64,000 nt of DNA from Waterburya sp. (GTDB lineage Bacteria; Cyanobacteriota; Cyanobacteriia; Cyanobacteriales; Xenococcaceae): positions 4,672,001-4,736,000 of the forward strand of contig CBDCJV010000002.1 in the NCBI GenBank assembly GCA_965217895.1. The letters run 5' to 3'. This document shows positions 22,012 through 31,816 of this stretch, one piece after another. Position 1 is the stretch's first letter, and every line of letters starts with the position of its first letter. A program made the position numbers and the translations under genes. The notes under the pieces are model-generated. The model was not told the origin of the DNA, searched no databases, and worked only from the letters and a program-made list of their open reading frames with translations.

Positions 22012-22314
22012 ATGTCTGAATCTATTGGTCTGCGCCTAGAAAAATATACCCTGAAGCAAAAACAAGAAGTGTTGCTGGTCAACTTAGAAACAGCTTCTGG
22101 TGAACCAGATATAGTAATGATCTTTGCTGGTTTTTCTAGTTCTTTGATGAAAGAGACTGCTTTTGATCCTGATGTTCCAGTAATTGCTGCCGATTCTAAA
22201 ATTATTTCTATAGATCGTCTTATTGCGCCTTACAACCCAGATAACCCTCAATACATTACAACTGGATTAACTTGGGAGGCGATGCAGAATATTCTACAGA
22301 AAATTAATCTCTAA
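22012..22314 (+). CDS. Conserved cyanobacterial hypothetical protein
   Basis: IFAGFSSSL...FDPDVPV...PYNPDNPQY pattern. Confidence 0.75.
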   Translation: MSESIGLRLEKYTLKQKQEVLLVNLETASGEPDIVMIFAGFSSSLMKETAFDPDVPVIAADSKIISIDRLIAPYNPDNPQYITTGLTWEAMQNILQKINL

Positions 22315-22545
22315 TTTTTATCTGCTACTCACTTTATCAATAACTCACTAAGCATCTATACTCAAGGTAAATATATTTAACCCAAAATTAAAATCGATCG
22401 CTTAATTTATTTAATAAACTTGAGCAATCAAAAGCAAAAATTCAGATTTATATAGTAAAATTTCTGCTAATTATAAATTTTTTCATAAGACTAAAGTTAC
22501 TATTAATTTTCGCTCTAGATTTATGGATATAGGAGTATATTTGGT

Positions 22546-23955
22546 GTGAGTAATTTTGCAAAAACTATATTAGATACAAATCAGTTACCCCAAACACCTT
22601 TATTTGGTACAGATGGAATTCGTGGCAAGGCGGGAGATATTTTAACCGCGCCTTTTACTCTTCAGTTGGGTTATTGGGCAGGAAAAGTGCTTGAAGAATC
22701 TGCCAAAAACAAAGGTCCGATAATTATTGGACAAGACTCTCGTAATTCTAGCGGTATGCTATCGAGTGCGATCGCAGCAGGATTAACTTCTGCGGGATTA
22801 GAAGTTTGGCACTTGGGCTTGTGTCCTACTCCCTGTGTTGCTACTCTAACCAGCAAAAGTGAAGCAGTAGGAGGAATTATGATCTCTGCTAGCCATAACC
22901 CGCCTCAAGACAATGGGATTAAGTTTTTTGGTAAAAAAGGAACTAAATTGGCTGATAGCTTGACCCAAAAAATAGAGGCGCACCTCAGAAAAAATCATTT
23001 ACAAGACGAGGTAAACGTAAACTGGGGGAAAACTTACTATCGCCCAGAATTGGTTAAACAATATGTTCGGGTACTTAAAGCATCATTACCGAAAAATTTA
23101 AATTTTCAGAGAATGCGAATTGTCTTAGATTTAGCTTGGGGGGCATCTGTGGAAGTCGCTCCTGCTATATTTCAGGAATTAGGTGCAGAGGTGATTTGTC
23201 TTCATTCCTTAGCCGATGGAGATCGCATTAACGTCAACTGTGGTTCAACTCACCTAGACACGATTAAGCTAGCAGTCAAAGAGCATCAGGCTGATTTAGG
23301 ATTTGCCTTTGATGGAGATGCCGATCGAGTTATGGCAATTGATAGCCAAGGTAGAGTAATTGATGGGGACTATATCCTCTATTTATGGGGCGATAAACTC
23401 AAGCAACAACAGCAGCTACCAGATGATTTAATTGTGGCTACTGTGATGGCAAATCTTGGCTTTGAACGCGCTTGGCAAGCTAAAGGGGGCAAAATGCAGC
23501 GGACGGCGGTAGGCGATCGCCATGTTCAAGAGGCTATGTGGCTTACAGGAGCAATGCTGGGGGGAGAACAGTCAGGACATATTCTTTGTCATCATCATGG
23601 TGTTTCTGGTGATGGAATTCAAACCGCATTACATTTAACTTCTTTGGTATGCCAAGCAGATACTTCTTTGGCAAATTTAGTAGATAACAGCTTCCAAACC
23701 TATCCCCAAATTCTGCGTAACGTAATAGTTGAAGATCGCGAACGTAGGAGTAGATGGCAAGAATGCGAACTCGTGCAACAGGCGATCGCTCAAGCAGAAG
23801 CAGCTATGGGAGAACAAGGACGCATTTTAGTTCGTGCTTCGGGAACAGAGCCTTTAATTCGCGTAATGGTAGAAGCTGTCGATCGCAAGTTAACTAGTTA
23901 TTGGACAGATAAGTTAGTGCAAGTTGTAGAACAAAATTTGGCAGCGAAAGCTTGA
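22546..23955 (+). CDS. glmM: Phosphoglucosamine mutase
   Basis: [21 protein letters not shown] and GGEQSGH motifs. Confidence 0.95.
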   Translation: MSNFAKTILDTNQLPQTPLFGTDGIRGKAGDILTAPFTLQLGYWAGKVLEESAKNKGPIIIGQDSRNSSGMLSSAIAAGLTSAGLEVWHLGLCPTPCVATLTSKSEAVGGIMISASHNPPQDNGIKFFGKKGTKLADSLTQKIEAHLRKNHLQDEVNVNWGKTYYRPELVKQYVRVLKASLPKNLNFQRMRIVLDLAWGASVEVAPAIFQELGAEVICLHSLADGDRINVNCGSTHLDTIKLAVKEHQADLGFAFDGDADRVMAIDSQGRVIDGDYILYLWGDKLKQQQQLPDDLIVATVMANLGFERAWQAKGGKMQRTAVGDRHVQEAMWLTGAMLGGEQSGHILCHHHGVSGDGIQTALHLTSLVCQADTSLANLVDNSFQTYPQILRNVIVEDRERRSRWQECELVQQAIAQAEAAMGEQGRILVRASGTEPLIRVMVEAVDRKLTSYWTDKLVQVVEQNLAAKA

Positions 23956-24065
23956 AGGGATTAAGTATGAGATAGGAAGTAGAAAGTAGGAAATACGATA
24001 ACTACACAATCTCTTTGATCCCTACACCTTTTTAAAGCCTTTGTTCCCCATCCCTTAAAAATCCT

Positions 24066-24650
24066 TCATCCTTTTAAAGCCATATCTGGTTGCTCTACCT
24101 GAGCTAATTTTTCTTTATTCTGACGACGTTTTTTAGCATAAAGCTGGATACTCGCCACCATAGCTAATACCAAACCTGCTATTAGCCAAGTAGTTAAATC
24201 TAAAGGTAAACTGTTTTTAAATACTGCCAAAAGAACAATTAAGACCAAAAGTATTGTTGGTGCTTCATTTAAAGCTCTAAACTGTTGTCCTGTCCAGCCA
24301 CATTCTCCAGCAGCTAATTGCTTCATTATTCTCTTGCAGAAAAAATGATAGCCAATCAGCAAAAGCACAAAAGTTAATTTAATATGCAGCCAAGTAGATT
24401 TGAGAATTTCTGGTTCAGTAGAAATTAAGCCGATCGCCATGACTACAGTTACAATCATTCCTGGAGTGGTAATGATGCCGTAAAGACGTTTCTCCATTAG
24501 CTCGTATTGCTTGGTAAGAATGCTACGAGCAGGTTCGCTTTCTTGTTCTGCTTCTGCGTGATAAACAAACAGTCGCACAAGATAAAATAAGCCTGCAAAC
24601 CACACCACTACACCAATTAAGTGAAATGCTTTAAACCAGTAATAAGCCAT
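24066..24650 (-). CDS. hemJ: Protoporphyrinogen oxidase HemJ
   Basis: KAFHLIGVVVWFAGLFYLVRLFVYH and FRALNEAPT motifs. Confidence 0.93.
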   Translation of the reverse strand: MAYYWFKAFHLIGVVVWFAGLFYLVRLFVYHAEAEQESEPARSILTKQYELMEKRLYGIITTPGMIVTVVMAIGLISTEPEILKSTWLHIKLTFVLLLIGYHFFCKRIMKQLAAGECGWTGQQFRALNEAPTILLVLIVLLAVFKNSLPLDLTTWLIAGLVLAMVASIQLYAKKRRQNKEKLAQVEQPDMALKG

Positions 24651-24765
24651 AAAAAAATATCTCGATCAAAATTATTCCGTCTGTATGTGAGTCTATATTC
24701 TTCTCACGGTACAAATCACTACTACGCAATAAAATTTTAAAGACTAACAAAATAGAATGAGATAG

Positions 24766-25113
24766 CGGGACTGGCCAGATTTGAACTGGCGACCTAGCGC
24801 TTCAGATTGGTGTGAGTTTCCCCACTCTCTGGACTATCCCTTCACCCTGGGTAAATTACCTTTAGGCGGTGGCCGTTATGTTGTAGGCTAATTTAGATAA
24901 ATTTAGCTCTTTGCTCTTTCCTGATTTTAGACCTACAACCAGTCTCTGCACCTTCTCTACCAGGAACTATAGAGCTTGGCTCAAGATTACCGTGGTTGTA
25001 AATAACCACAACTTTAGGCTTCCTTGAATTTGACCACATTCATAAATGAAGTTTCCTTCACCATGCCCGATTTTTCAGGAGGCGCTTGCTCTATCCTACT
25101 GAGCCACAGCCCC
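24766..25113 (-). tRNA. trnR-CCU: tRNA-Arg(CCU), intron-containing (exons 25113-25077 and 24802-24766)
   Basis: The joined exons GGGGCTGTGGCTCAGTAGGATAGAGCAAGCGCCTCCT + AAGCGCTAGGTCGCCAGTTCAAATCTGGCCAGTCCCG fold into a full cloverleaf with anticodon CCT. Confidence 0.93.
24803..25076 (-). ncRNA. Group I self-splicing intron (IC3-like), 274 nt, no ORF
   Basis: P1 CCU/GA-AAAA-UC/GGG with U-G at the 5' splice site. P AAATTCAAGGAA, Q AATCTTGAGC, R GTGCAGAGACTG, S AAGGGATAGTCC. P3 GTGGTC/GGCCAC; terminal omega-G. Confidence 0.92.
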
Positions 25114-25300
25114 CAGCATATCTCAATCTAAACATAAACTAGGATCAAAAGCTAAATTGAAGAACTCTATTTTTGTATATAAAACTTTACTTGATTAATA
25201 AATATTGCAACATCGATTAATACTTCTGTTAACTAAAGAAATAAAATTATTATCGATTCAGCAAAGATAAACAAATAGACAATATTAGGAGAAATTTACT

Positions 25301-25564
25301 TTGACTTATTTAACATTATTAGCAGCAACAGTACCCAACACCGTATCCTGGAGTCCTAAAGTGGCTATTGTGATGATTGTTTGTAATATAGCTGCGATCG
25401 CTTTTGGTAAGTTTACCATCAAAAATAAAAGTGCTGGACCTGCCTTGCCTTCTCCAGCCTTATTTGGCGGCATGGGACTACCTGCACTGTTAGGTACTAC
25501 TAGTTTCGGTCATCTTTTAGGTGCAGGGGTGATTTTAGGCTTGGCTAATGCTGGCGCACTTTAA
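25301..25564 (+). CDS. psaK: Photosystem I subunit K
   Basis: WSPKVAIVMIVCN and LGTTSFGHLLGAGVILGL motifs; TTG start with AGGAG RBS. Confidence 0.93.
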   Translation: MTYLTLLAATVPNTVSWSPKVAIVMIVCNIAAIAFGKFTIKNKSAGPALPSPALFGGMGLPALLGTTSFGHLLGAGVILGLANAGAL

Positions 25565-25588
25565 TCGAAATTAAAAATAATTTTATCA

Positions 25589-25622
25589 GGAGCTAGTAAT
25601 TTTACTGGCTCTTAATTTTTTG
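25589..25622 (+). terminator. Terminator after psaK
   Basis: GGAGCTAGTAA/TTACTGGCTCT hairpin followed by a T-run. Confidence 0.55.
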
Positions 25623-26052
25623 TAATGACCCAAGTACAATGGTTTGGACAAAATTTTATTGTTAACGAAATAATAGATGTTTGACCCTTGTTTGAGATTA
25701 AGATAGTTAACGGTAAATTGGGGTTTTAAACTGCTCTAACTGTCCTAACTGTCCTAACTGTCGAAGTAGCTAGGCGAAATTAAATGTAAAAAGTAAAATT
25801 CTCCAAATGATAATTACCTATTTCGCTATGATTTTTCATATTTTGTATAATCATTAGCTAGTTCTTTATAAAGAATAGAAATATCTCTGTGTTTTTGGTA
25901 ATATGTGTGAACTAAACAAAAGTCGGGTATATACACTGAACTACAATACTTAATACTTAAAACAAGATAACTCTTCCATATATCTTACCTATCTAACCTA
26001 TATAATTATCGCCATTATCGCCAGTAAATCAAATCATAATTTTAAACCTAAA

Positions 26053-29000
26053 ATGTTACATAAAAGAAATAATTCTGTAATTACATTAGCTGTACTATTG
26101 GCTTTGGTCGGAGTATCAAAACCAGCAAAGGCTTTCCTTTTGGCTCAAGCTGATGAAGTTAAAACAACTTTTACTCTTCCCGATCAACTTCCTAAGAATG
26201 CCACAGTAAAAGTGGCAGCCTCTAATAGTATTAATAGCATTGACCAAGGATTAAAAAAAAGTTTTACGGAAAAATATCCTAATGCAAAAGTTAACATCAA
26301 AACCCAAAGCTCGGACGAGGCTTTAAACGCTGTAGCAGCAGGAAAAACTGACATAGCAGCAATTGGCAGATCTTTAACTGAAGCAGAAAAAGGCAAGGGA
26401 TTAATTGCAGTTCCTGTAAGTCGAGAAAAAATCGCGATCGTCGTTTCTAAAAATAACCCTTACAGTGGCAATTTAAGCTTCACTCAATTTGCTCAGATAT
26501 TTAAAGGAGAAATTACAGACTGGTCTGAAGTGGGCGGAGATCCTGGTGCTATTAAGCTAGTAGACTTACCAGATAGCAACGATACAAGAAGAGCTTTTCC
26601 TAACTATTCAATTTTCCAAGATGGAGAATTGGCGACGGGATCTAATGCCGTAAAAGTAGATCGAGACAACATTGACGCAATGGTTAGTCAGTTAGGTAAT
26701 AACGGTATTAGTTATGCAGTGGCAGATGATGTGATCGATAGAGATGATATCAAGGTAGTATCGATGCACCAGACTCAGCCTGACGATCCTCGGTATCCTT
26801 TTTCTCAACCTTTTAATTTAGTATATCAGGGAACTCCCAGTGAAGCTACCCAAGCTTTCTTGGGTTTTGCCACTACCAAAGAAGGACAAAAGACAATTGC
26901 TAGTAGAGTAGGTTCTATTCCTGCAACCACAGCAGCAGCAACCGCGATCGCGCCTAATCTAGGCAATAAGACACCTAGAGCAACTCTTGCTACTGCCGAT
27001 TCTTCAGCCAATGGCAATGGCGATGTTAAAAACAAAGTGGCTCAAGCTAACGGCGATGCTAATGCTGGCATTGCGTTAGCTGACGGCAATGCCGATACAA
27101 AAGACAAGATTGCTCAAGCTGATGGCAATACTCCGACACAGACAAATCCTAATTTAGAAGGTAGTGGTACAGCTAGCACCGATTTAGAAGATAGTGGTAC
27201 AGTCAATCCTAATTTAAAAGGTAGTGGCACAGCTAACACCGATTTAGAAGATAGTGGTACAGCCAATCCTAATTTGAAAGGTAGTGGTACAGCTAATACC
27301 GATTTAGAAGGTAGTGGTACAGCCAATCCCGAATTTCAAGACAGTGGCGTAGTTAATTCTGATGTAAAAGAAAGCGGTGAAGTTAATCCTGATGTAAAAG
27401 AAAGCGGTGCAGCTAACATTGATGCAATTGCTCAAGCAGATGCCAATCCAAACGCAGCAGATGCGGAAAATGCTCAGGGTGAGGCGAGCGCTACAAAAAA
27501 GGGTAATTGGTGGTGGTGGATACCTTTAATAATAGGATTACCACTTTTAGGATTACTGGGTATGTCCTCTTTAAAACGTGGAAACAGAAGCGATCGAGAA
27601 CCTGCTATCGGCAATACTCCTTCACCTAACGATCCTCAAGGAGGCAGTGTTGCCTTCGATCCAGATATTGATGGTGTATCAGCTAGAGGAACGACTGCAA
27701 CCAGTGATTTGGGAACAACCTCTAACTTAGAAGGTGCTGCCATAGCAACTGGAGGAGCAGCATTAGCAGGAGGTGCAGCAGCTACTAATAGAATAGGCGA
27801 TCGCCATAATCAAAATATTGAAGATGTTGATACCGATGAGGTTGAGTTAGAAAATGCGGTTGCTCAACCAGAAACTGATATCGATAATCTTATAGTTGAA
27901 ATACCTCCCGATCCCGTAAATGAATTTACAACAGATCAAGAAACAAAATTACAAACTACTGAACAGTCAACAAGACTACAGGTAGATGATACAAATGATT
28001 CTTCTGGTTTACTTGACAATGTATCGGCAACTGGTGCAGCCTTAGGAGGCAGCGCAGCAGCGGCTTCTGGATTTTTTGGCGATCGAGAAGATTCTGTTGA
28101 AGAAACTACAGAGTCATTGGCAGAAGATAATGACATCACCTACGCTCAACCTGATTATATTGATGATCGATCAAGAAGATCGCAGGTTGATGAACCAGAT
28201 TACTCTGAAGCCAATGCTAATTTTGATCGAGCAACCGAAGAAGATACTGCCTTTGAGACTGAAAATGCTAGAGAGTTTAGAGGTGATTATGTCCTCAGAG
28301 AAGAAATTCCAAATGAAGAAATCAGTTCAGAAATCGAAGAGGACGATACAACAGCTATTGGAGACAGCAATTGGGTAGACAGCACCACTAACGATTGGAA
28401 TGCACCAGACAGCACAGTCTCAAGTTCTATAGATAATACCGTCACTACTGATAATGATTTAGATCTAGATTTATCAGAGGATGAAGATACAAGCTTTGAG
28501 CAAACATCAGGTTTTGCCAATGATGCGACTCAGACTGAAGGCGCGACAGCAGGAGGAGCAGCCCTTGGTGGTGCAGCAGCATCTGGATTTTTCGCTAATC
28601 AAGACAGTGAGCAACCGACGGAAATAGATTCAGAAGACAGCAACTGGGTAGACAGCACCACTAGCGATTGGAATGCACCAGATAGCACAGTCTCAGATTC
28701 TGTAGATAATACCGTCACTACTGATAATGATTTAGATCTAGATTTATCAGAGGATGAAGATACAAGCTTTGAGCAAACATCAGGTTTTGCCAATGATGCG
28801 ACTCAGACTGAAGGCGCGACAGCAGGAGGAGCAGCCCTTGGTGGTGCAGCAGCATCTGGATTTTTCGCTAATCAAGACAGTGAGCAACCGACGGAAATAG
28901 ATTCAGAAGACAGCAACTGGGTAGACAGCACCACTAGCGATTGGAATGCACCAGACAGCACAGTCTCAGATTCTGTAGATAATACCGTCACTACTGATAA

Positions 29001-30411
29001 TGATTTAGATCTAGATTTATCAGAGGATGAAGATACAAGCTTTGAGCAAACATCAGGTTTTGCCAATGATGCGACTCAGACTGAAGGCGCGACAGCAGGA
29101 GGAGCAGCCCTTGGTGGTGCAGCAGCATCTGGATTTTTCGCTAATCAAGACAGTGAGCAACCGACGGAAATAGATTCAGAAGACAGCAACTGGGTAGACA
29201 GCACCACTAGCGATTGGAATGCACCAGATAGCACAGTCTCAGATTCTGTAGATAACACCGTCACTACTGATAATGATTTAGATCTAGATTTATCAGAGGA
29301 TGAAGATACAAGCTTTGAGCAAACATCAGGTTTTGCCAATGATGCGACTCAGACTGAAGGCGCGACAGCAGGAGGAGCAGCCCTTGGTGGTGCAGCAGCA
29401 TCTGGATTTTTCGCTAATCAAGACAGTGAGCAACCGACGGAAATAGATTCAGAAGACAGCAACTGGGTAGACAGCACCACTAGCGATTGGAATGCACCAG
29501 ATAGCACAGTTTCAGATTCTGTAGATAATACCGTCACTACTGATAATGATTTGGAGATAGAAGATAGTGATTTTATATTAGACAACAGAATTGACAATGA
29601 CTTTGAAACTAATATTATCGCTGATGCTGAAGTTACTTCTTATGATACGGATCATAGCTTAGATGATCTCGCTAATTCAGACGACATTAGCTTAGACGAG
29701 ATTACCTTTGATGATGCGGATAGTTCGCTTAGTCCTAGTTCAAATGAATTCGCTTTTGATGAGACTACTGACTCAAGCGACATTAGCTTAGACGAGATTA
29801 CCTTTGATGATGCGGATAGTTCGCTTAGTCCTAGTTCAAATGAATTCGCTTTTGATGAGACTGCTGACTCAAGCGACATTAGCTTAGACGAGATTACCTT
29901 TGATGATGCGGATAGTTCGCTTAGTCTTAGTTCAAATGAATTCACTTTTGATGAGACTACAGACTCAAACGACATTAGCTTAGACGAGATTACCCTTGAT
30001 GATGCTGATAACTCCATTGATGATTTAATTAATAGTATTGGTACAGATACTATTAATCAAAGAGTTGATTTAAATGAACTTGGTTTTGACCAAGGATTAG
30101 AGAGAAAAGGCAATTCACCTTCTGATTTATTAAGTGATAAAACCGCGGAAATAGACGACTTAGCCAATGATAAATCTGACGATATGGATAATATTTCTAC
30201 CTGGTTGGACGGATTAGAAACACCCGATCAAAATACCGAAAATATTTCAGAGTGGTTAGAAAATCTTAATGCTGATAGTGCTATTACGGATAACGAAGAA
30301 AGCAGCAATGATAAAAATCTAAGCTCGAATGAGGAAAATGAGGATATTTCATTTCAATTCCTTGAAGATTTATTAGATAGAGATCCAGATGCTAACCAAG
30401 ATAATAAATAG
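26053..30411 (+). CDS. Large bitopic protein: signal peptide, PstS-like PBP2 domain, TM helix, long acidic repeat tail
   Basis: DIAAIGRSLT, IFKGEITDWSEVGG and YPFSQP PBP-like motifs. TM at WWWWIPLIIGLPLLGLLG. About 950-aa Asp/Glu/Ser-rich tail. Confidence 0.85.
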   Translation: MLHKRNNSVITLAVLLALVGVSKPAKAFLLAQADEVKTTFTLPDQLPKNATVKVAASNSINSIDQGLKKSFTEKYPNAKVNIKTQSSDEALNAVAAGKTDIAAIGRSLTEAEKGKGLIAVPVSREKIAIVVSKNNPYSGNLSFTQFAQIFKGEITDWSEVGGDPGAIKLVDLPDSNDTRRAFPNYSIFQDGELATGSNAVKVDRDNIDAMVSQLGNNGISYAVADDVIDRDDIKVVSMHQTQPDDPRYPFSQPFNLVYQGTPSEATQAFLGFATTKEGQKTIASRVGSIPATTAAATAIAPNLGNKTPRATLATADSSANGNGDVKNKVAQANGDANAGIALADGNADTKDKIAQADGNTPTQTNPNLEGSGTASTDLEDSGTVNPNLKGSGTANTDLEDSGTANPNLKGSGTANTDLEGSGTANPEFQDSGVVNSDVKESGEVNPDVKESGAANIDAIAQADANPNAADAENAQGEASATKKGNWWWWIPLIIGLPLLGLLGMSSLKRGNRSDREPAIGNTPSPNDPQGGSVAFDPDIDGVSARGTTATSDLGTTSNLEGAAIATGGAALAGGAAATNRIGDRHNQNIEDVDTDEVELENAVAQPETDIDNLIVEIPPDPVNEFTTDQETKLQTTEQSTRLQVDDTNDSSGLLDNVSATGAALGGSAAAASGFFGDREDSVEETTESLAEDNDITYAQPDYIDDRSRRSQVDEPDYSEANANFDRATEEDTAFETENAREFRGDYVLREEIPNEEISSEIEEDDTTAIGDSNWVDSTTNDWNAPDSTVSSSIDNTVTTDNDLDLDLSEDEDTSFEQTSGFANDATQTEGATAGGAALGGAAASGFFANQDSEQPTEIDSEDSNWVDSTTSDWNAPDSTVSDSVDNTVTTDNDLDLDLSEDEDTSFEQTSGFANDATQTEGATAGGAALGGAAASGFFANQDSEQPTEIDSEDSNWVDSTTSDWNAPDSTVSDSVDNTVTTDNDLDLDLSEDEDTSFEQTSGFANDATQTEGATAGGAALGGAAASGFFANQDSEQPTEIDSEDSNWVDSTTSDWNAPDSTVSDSVDNTVTTDNDLDLDLSEDEDTSFEQTSGFANDATQTEGATAGGAALGGAAASGFFANQDSEQPTEIDSEDSNWVDSTTSDWNAPDSTVSDSVDNTVTTDNDLEIEDSDFILDNRIDNDFETNIIADAEVTSYDTDHSLDDLANSDDISLDEITFDDADSSLSPSSNEFAFDETTDSSDISLDEITFDDADSSLSPSSNEFAFDETADSSDISLDEITFDDADSSLSLSSNEFTFDETTDSNDISLDEITLDDADNSIDDLINSIGTDTINQRVDLNELGFDQGLERKGNSPSDLLSDKTAEIDDLANDKSDDMDNISTWLDGLETPDQNTENISEWLENLNADSAITDNEESSNDKNLSSNEENEDISFQFLEDLLDRDPDANQDNK
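27145..27420 (+). repeat. 30-bp (10-aa) coding tandem repeats
   Basis: NPNLKGSGTA / NTDLEDSGTA units. Confidence 0.85.
28363..29552 (+). repeat. 273-bp (91-aa) near-identical coding tandem repeat, 4 full copies + 1 partial
   Basis: Units start at 28363, 28636, 28909, 29182 and 29455. Confidence 0.95.
29683..30010 (+). repeat. 96-bp (32-aa) coding tandem repeat, 3 copies + 1 partial
   Basis: DISLDEITFDDADSSLSPSSNEFAFDETTDSS units at 29683, 29779, 29875 and 29971. Confidence 0.9.
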
Positions 30412-30618
30412 TTAGTTTTTTTGGCTATTGCTGCTTCTTGAAAATTATCGAAAATCCCTAATTTAAAAACTTGAACTGGGTTTTTTTTGCTCACATATTA
30501 GACAATGAAGTAAAGCTGTTGCTAAATATTTAAGAGCGATCGCCAAGATTAATTCCGCATTTAGGTTCTACCATTTATTAAACCGATAAATTTCAAAACA
30601 TCTCTTTTAAAATAAGTT

Positions 30619-31515
30619 ATGTCTGATGATACGTCGATGCAAAAAGAAGATTCAAAAGTTCCAAACGAGCGATTACCAAAAAAAGGTAGTGGTAATTTGT
30701 TAGTTAGAGCAAAAGCTAGCTTCAATAAAGGCAATGAATTACGAGAACAAGGATTATTGAGAGAATCGATCCTTAGCTATCAAAAGTCAATTAAACTCAA
30801 GCCTGATTATGTTCAACCATTGCTCAATCTGGCAGAGATATACAAAACTCAGAAAAACTGGCTAGAAGCAACAAAATGCTATAGACGTGCTATTGGTATA
30901 AATCCAGATAGACATGGCTTCTATCTTAGATTAGCCCAGGTTCTAAAACAGCAAAACAAAATTTATGGTGCGATCGCTGCCTATGCCGAAGCAATTGAGC
31001 TTAATCCTGATTTATCGGCTGGGGCATATAAAACTTACGCCGATCTTTTGGTTCAAAAAAATGATACAGCTAACGATGCACTTTTAGCTTATCAAAAAGC
31101 AGCAGAAATTAAGCACGATTGGCACGCTGACTTTTATGTTAAATTAGCTAGGCTATTAATGGATAATAAAAAGTTTGATGAAGCAATCAAATACTTGCAA
31201 AAAGCTATTGGCTTAGAATCAAATAATCCAGCACTGTACTTTTCCCTTGGAAATGCTCATCATCAGCTAGGAGAAATAAACGAGGCAGTAAGAAATTATC
31301 AAAAAGCGATCGCCTTGAAATCCGATTACGGTGAAGTTTACCAGAAGTTAGGCGATTTACTAAAGCAAAGAAATAAGCTAGATGAGGCGATTAAATGTTA
31401 CCAAAAAACATTAGCAATTAAGCCTGATTTTAAGATCGTTTATCGTTCTCTCGGAGATATTTTTATGGCTCAGGGTAGAGAAATTGAAGCTAAACAATGT
31501 TATCAAAGAGCATGA
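30619..31515 (+). CDS. Tetratricopeptide repeat protein
   Basis: Multiple TPR motifs (YQKAIALK, AIKCYQK). Confidence 0.9.
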   Translation: MSDDTSMQKEDSKVPNERLPKKGSGNLLVRAKASFNKGNELREQGLLRESILSYQKSIKLKPDYVQPLLNLAEIYKTQKNWLEATKCYRRAIGINPDRHGFYLRLAQVLKQQNKIYGAIAAYAEAIELNPDLSAGAYKTYADLLVQKNDTANDALLAYQKAAEIKHDWHADFYVKLARLLMDNKKFDEAIKYLQKAIGLESNNPALYFSLGNAHHQLGEINEAVRNYQKAIALKSDYGEVYQKLGDLLKQRNKLDEAIKCYQKTLAIKPDFKIVYRSLGDIFMAQGREIEAKQCYQRA

Positions 31516-31705
31516 TCGCTAGGTTACTTTGATTACTTGTCAAATGTTAGCAAATGATTGAGTTTAATTTTGTATTTGAGACTATAATACTATTGTAATA
31601 ACACAGCTAGCTATGAAAGTGAAAGACCTAGCTAGCTGCAAATTCACAAATTCAATTTTGTTGAATTTATTTAATTTTACTTTATAAACTATTAAGCTTT
31701 AGGGT

Positions 31706-31816
31706 TTAATAGTTTTTTTCATTGGCAAAATAAGCCCATGTGCCTATACCGACTGCCGCTACGTAGCCAATTGTTAAAACTAGGATCAAAGCGATCGCTG
31801 TTGGAGATAAAGTCAT
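31706..31816 (-). CDS. 36-aa single-TM protein, Psb35-related motif
   Basis: MTLSPTAIALILVLTIGYVAAVGIGTWAYFANEKNY with a GAGG RBS 7 nt upstream; below the ORF-track cutoff. Confidence 0.65.
   Translation of the reverse strand: MTLSPTAIALILVLTIGYVAAVGIGTWAYFANEKNY

Noticed and set aside
24803..25076. Homing endonuclease in the intron
   Set aside because: The intron is only 274 nt and contains no suitable ORF.
28363..29552. Possible CRISPR array
   Set aside because: The units are contiguous, in-frame 273-bp coding repeats with no unique spacers, and no cas genes are present.
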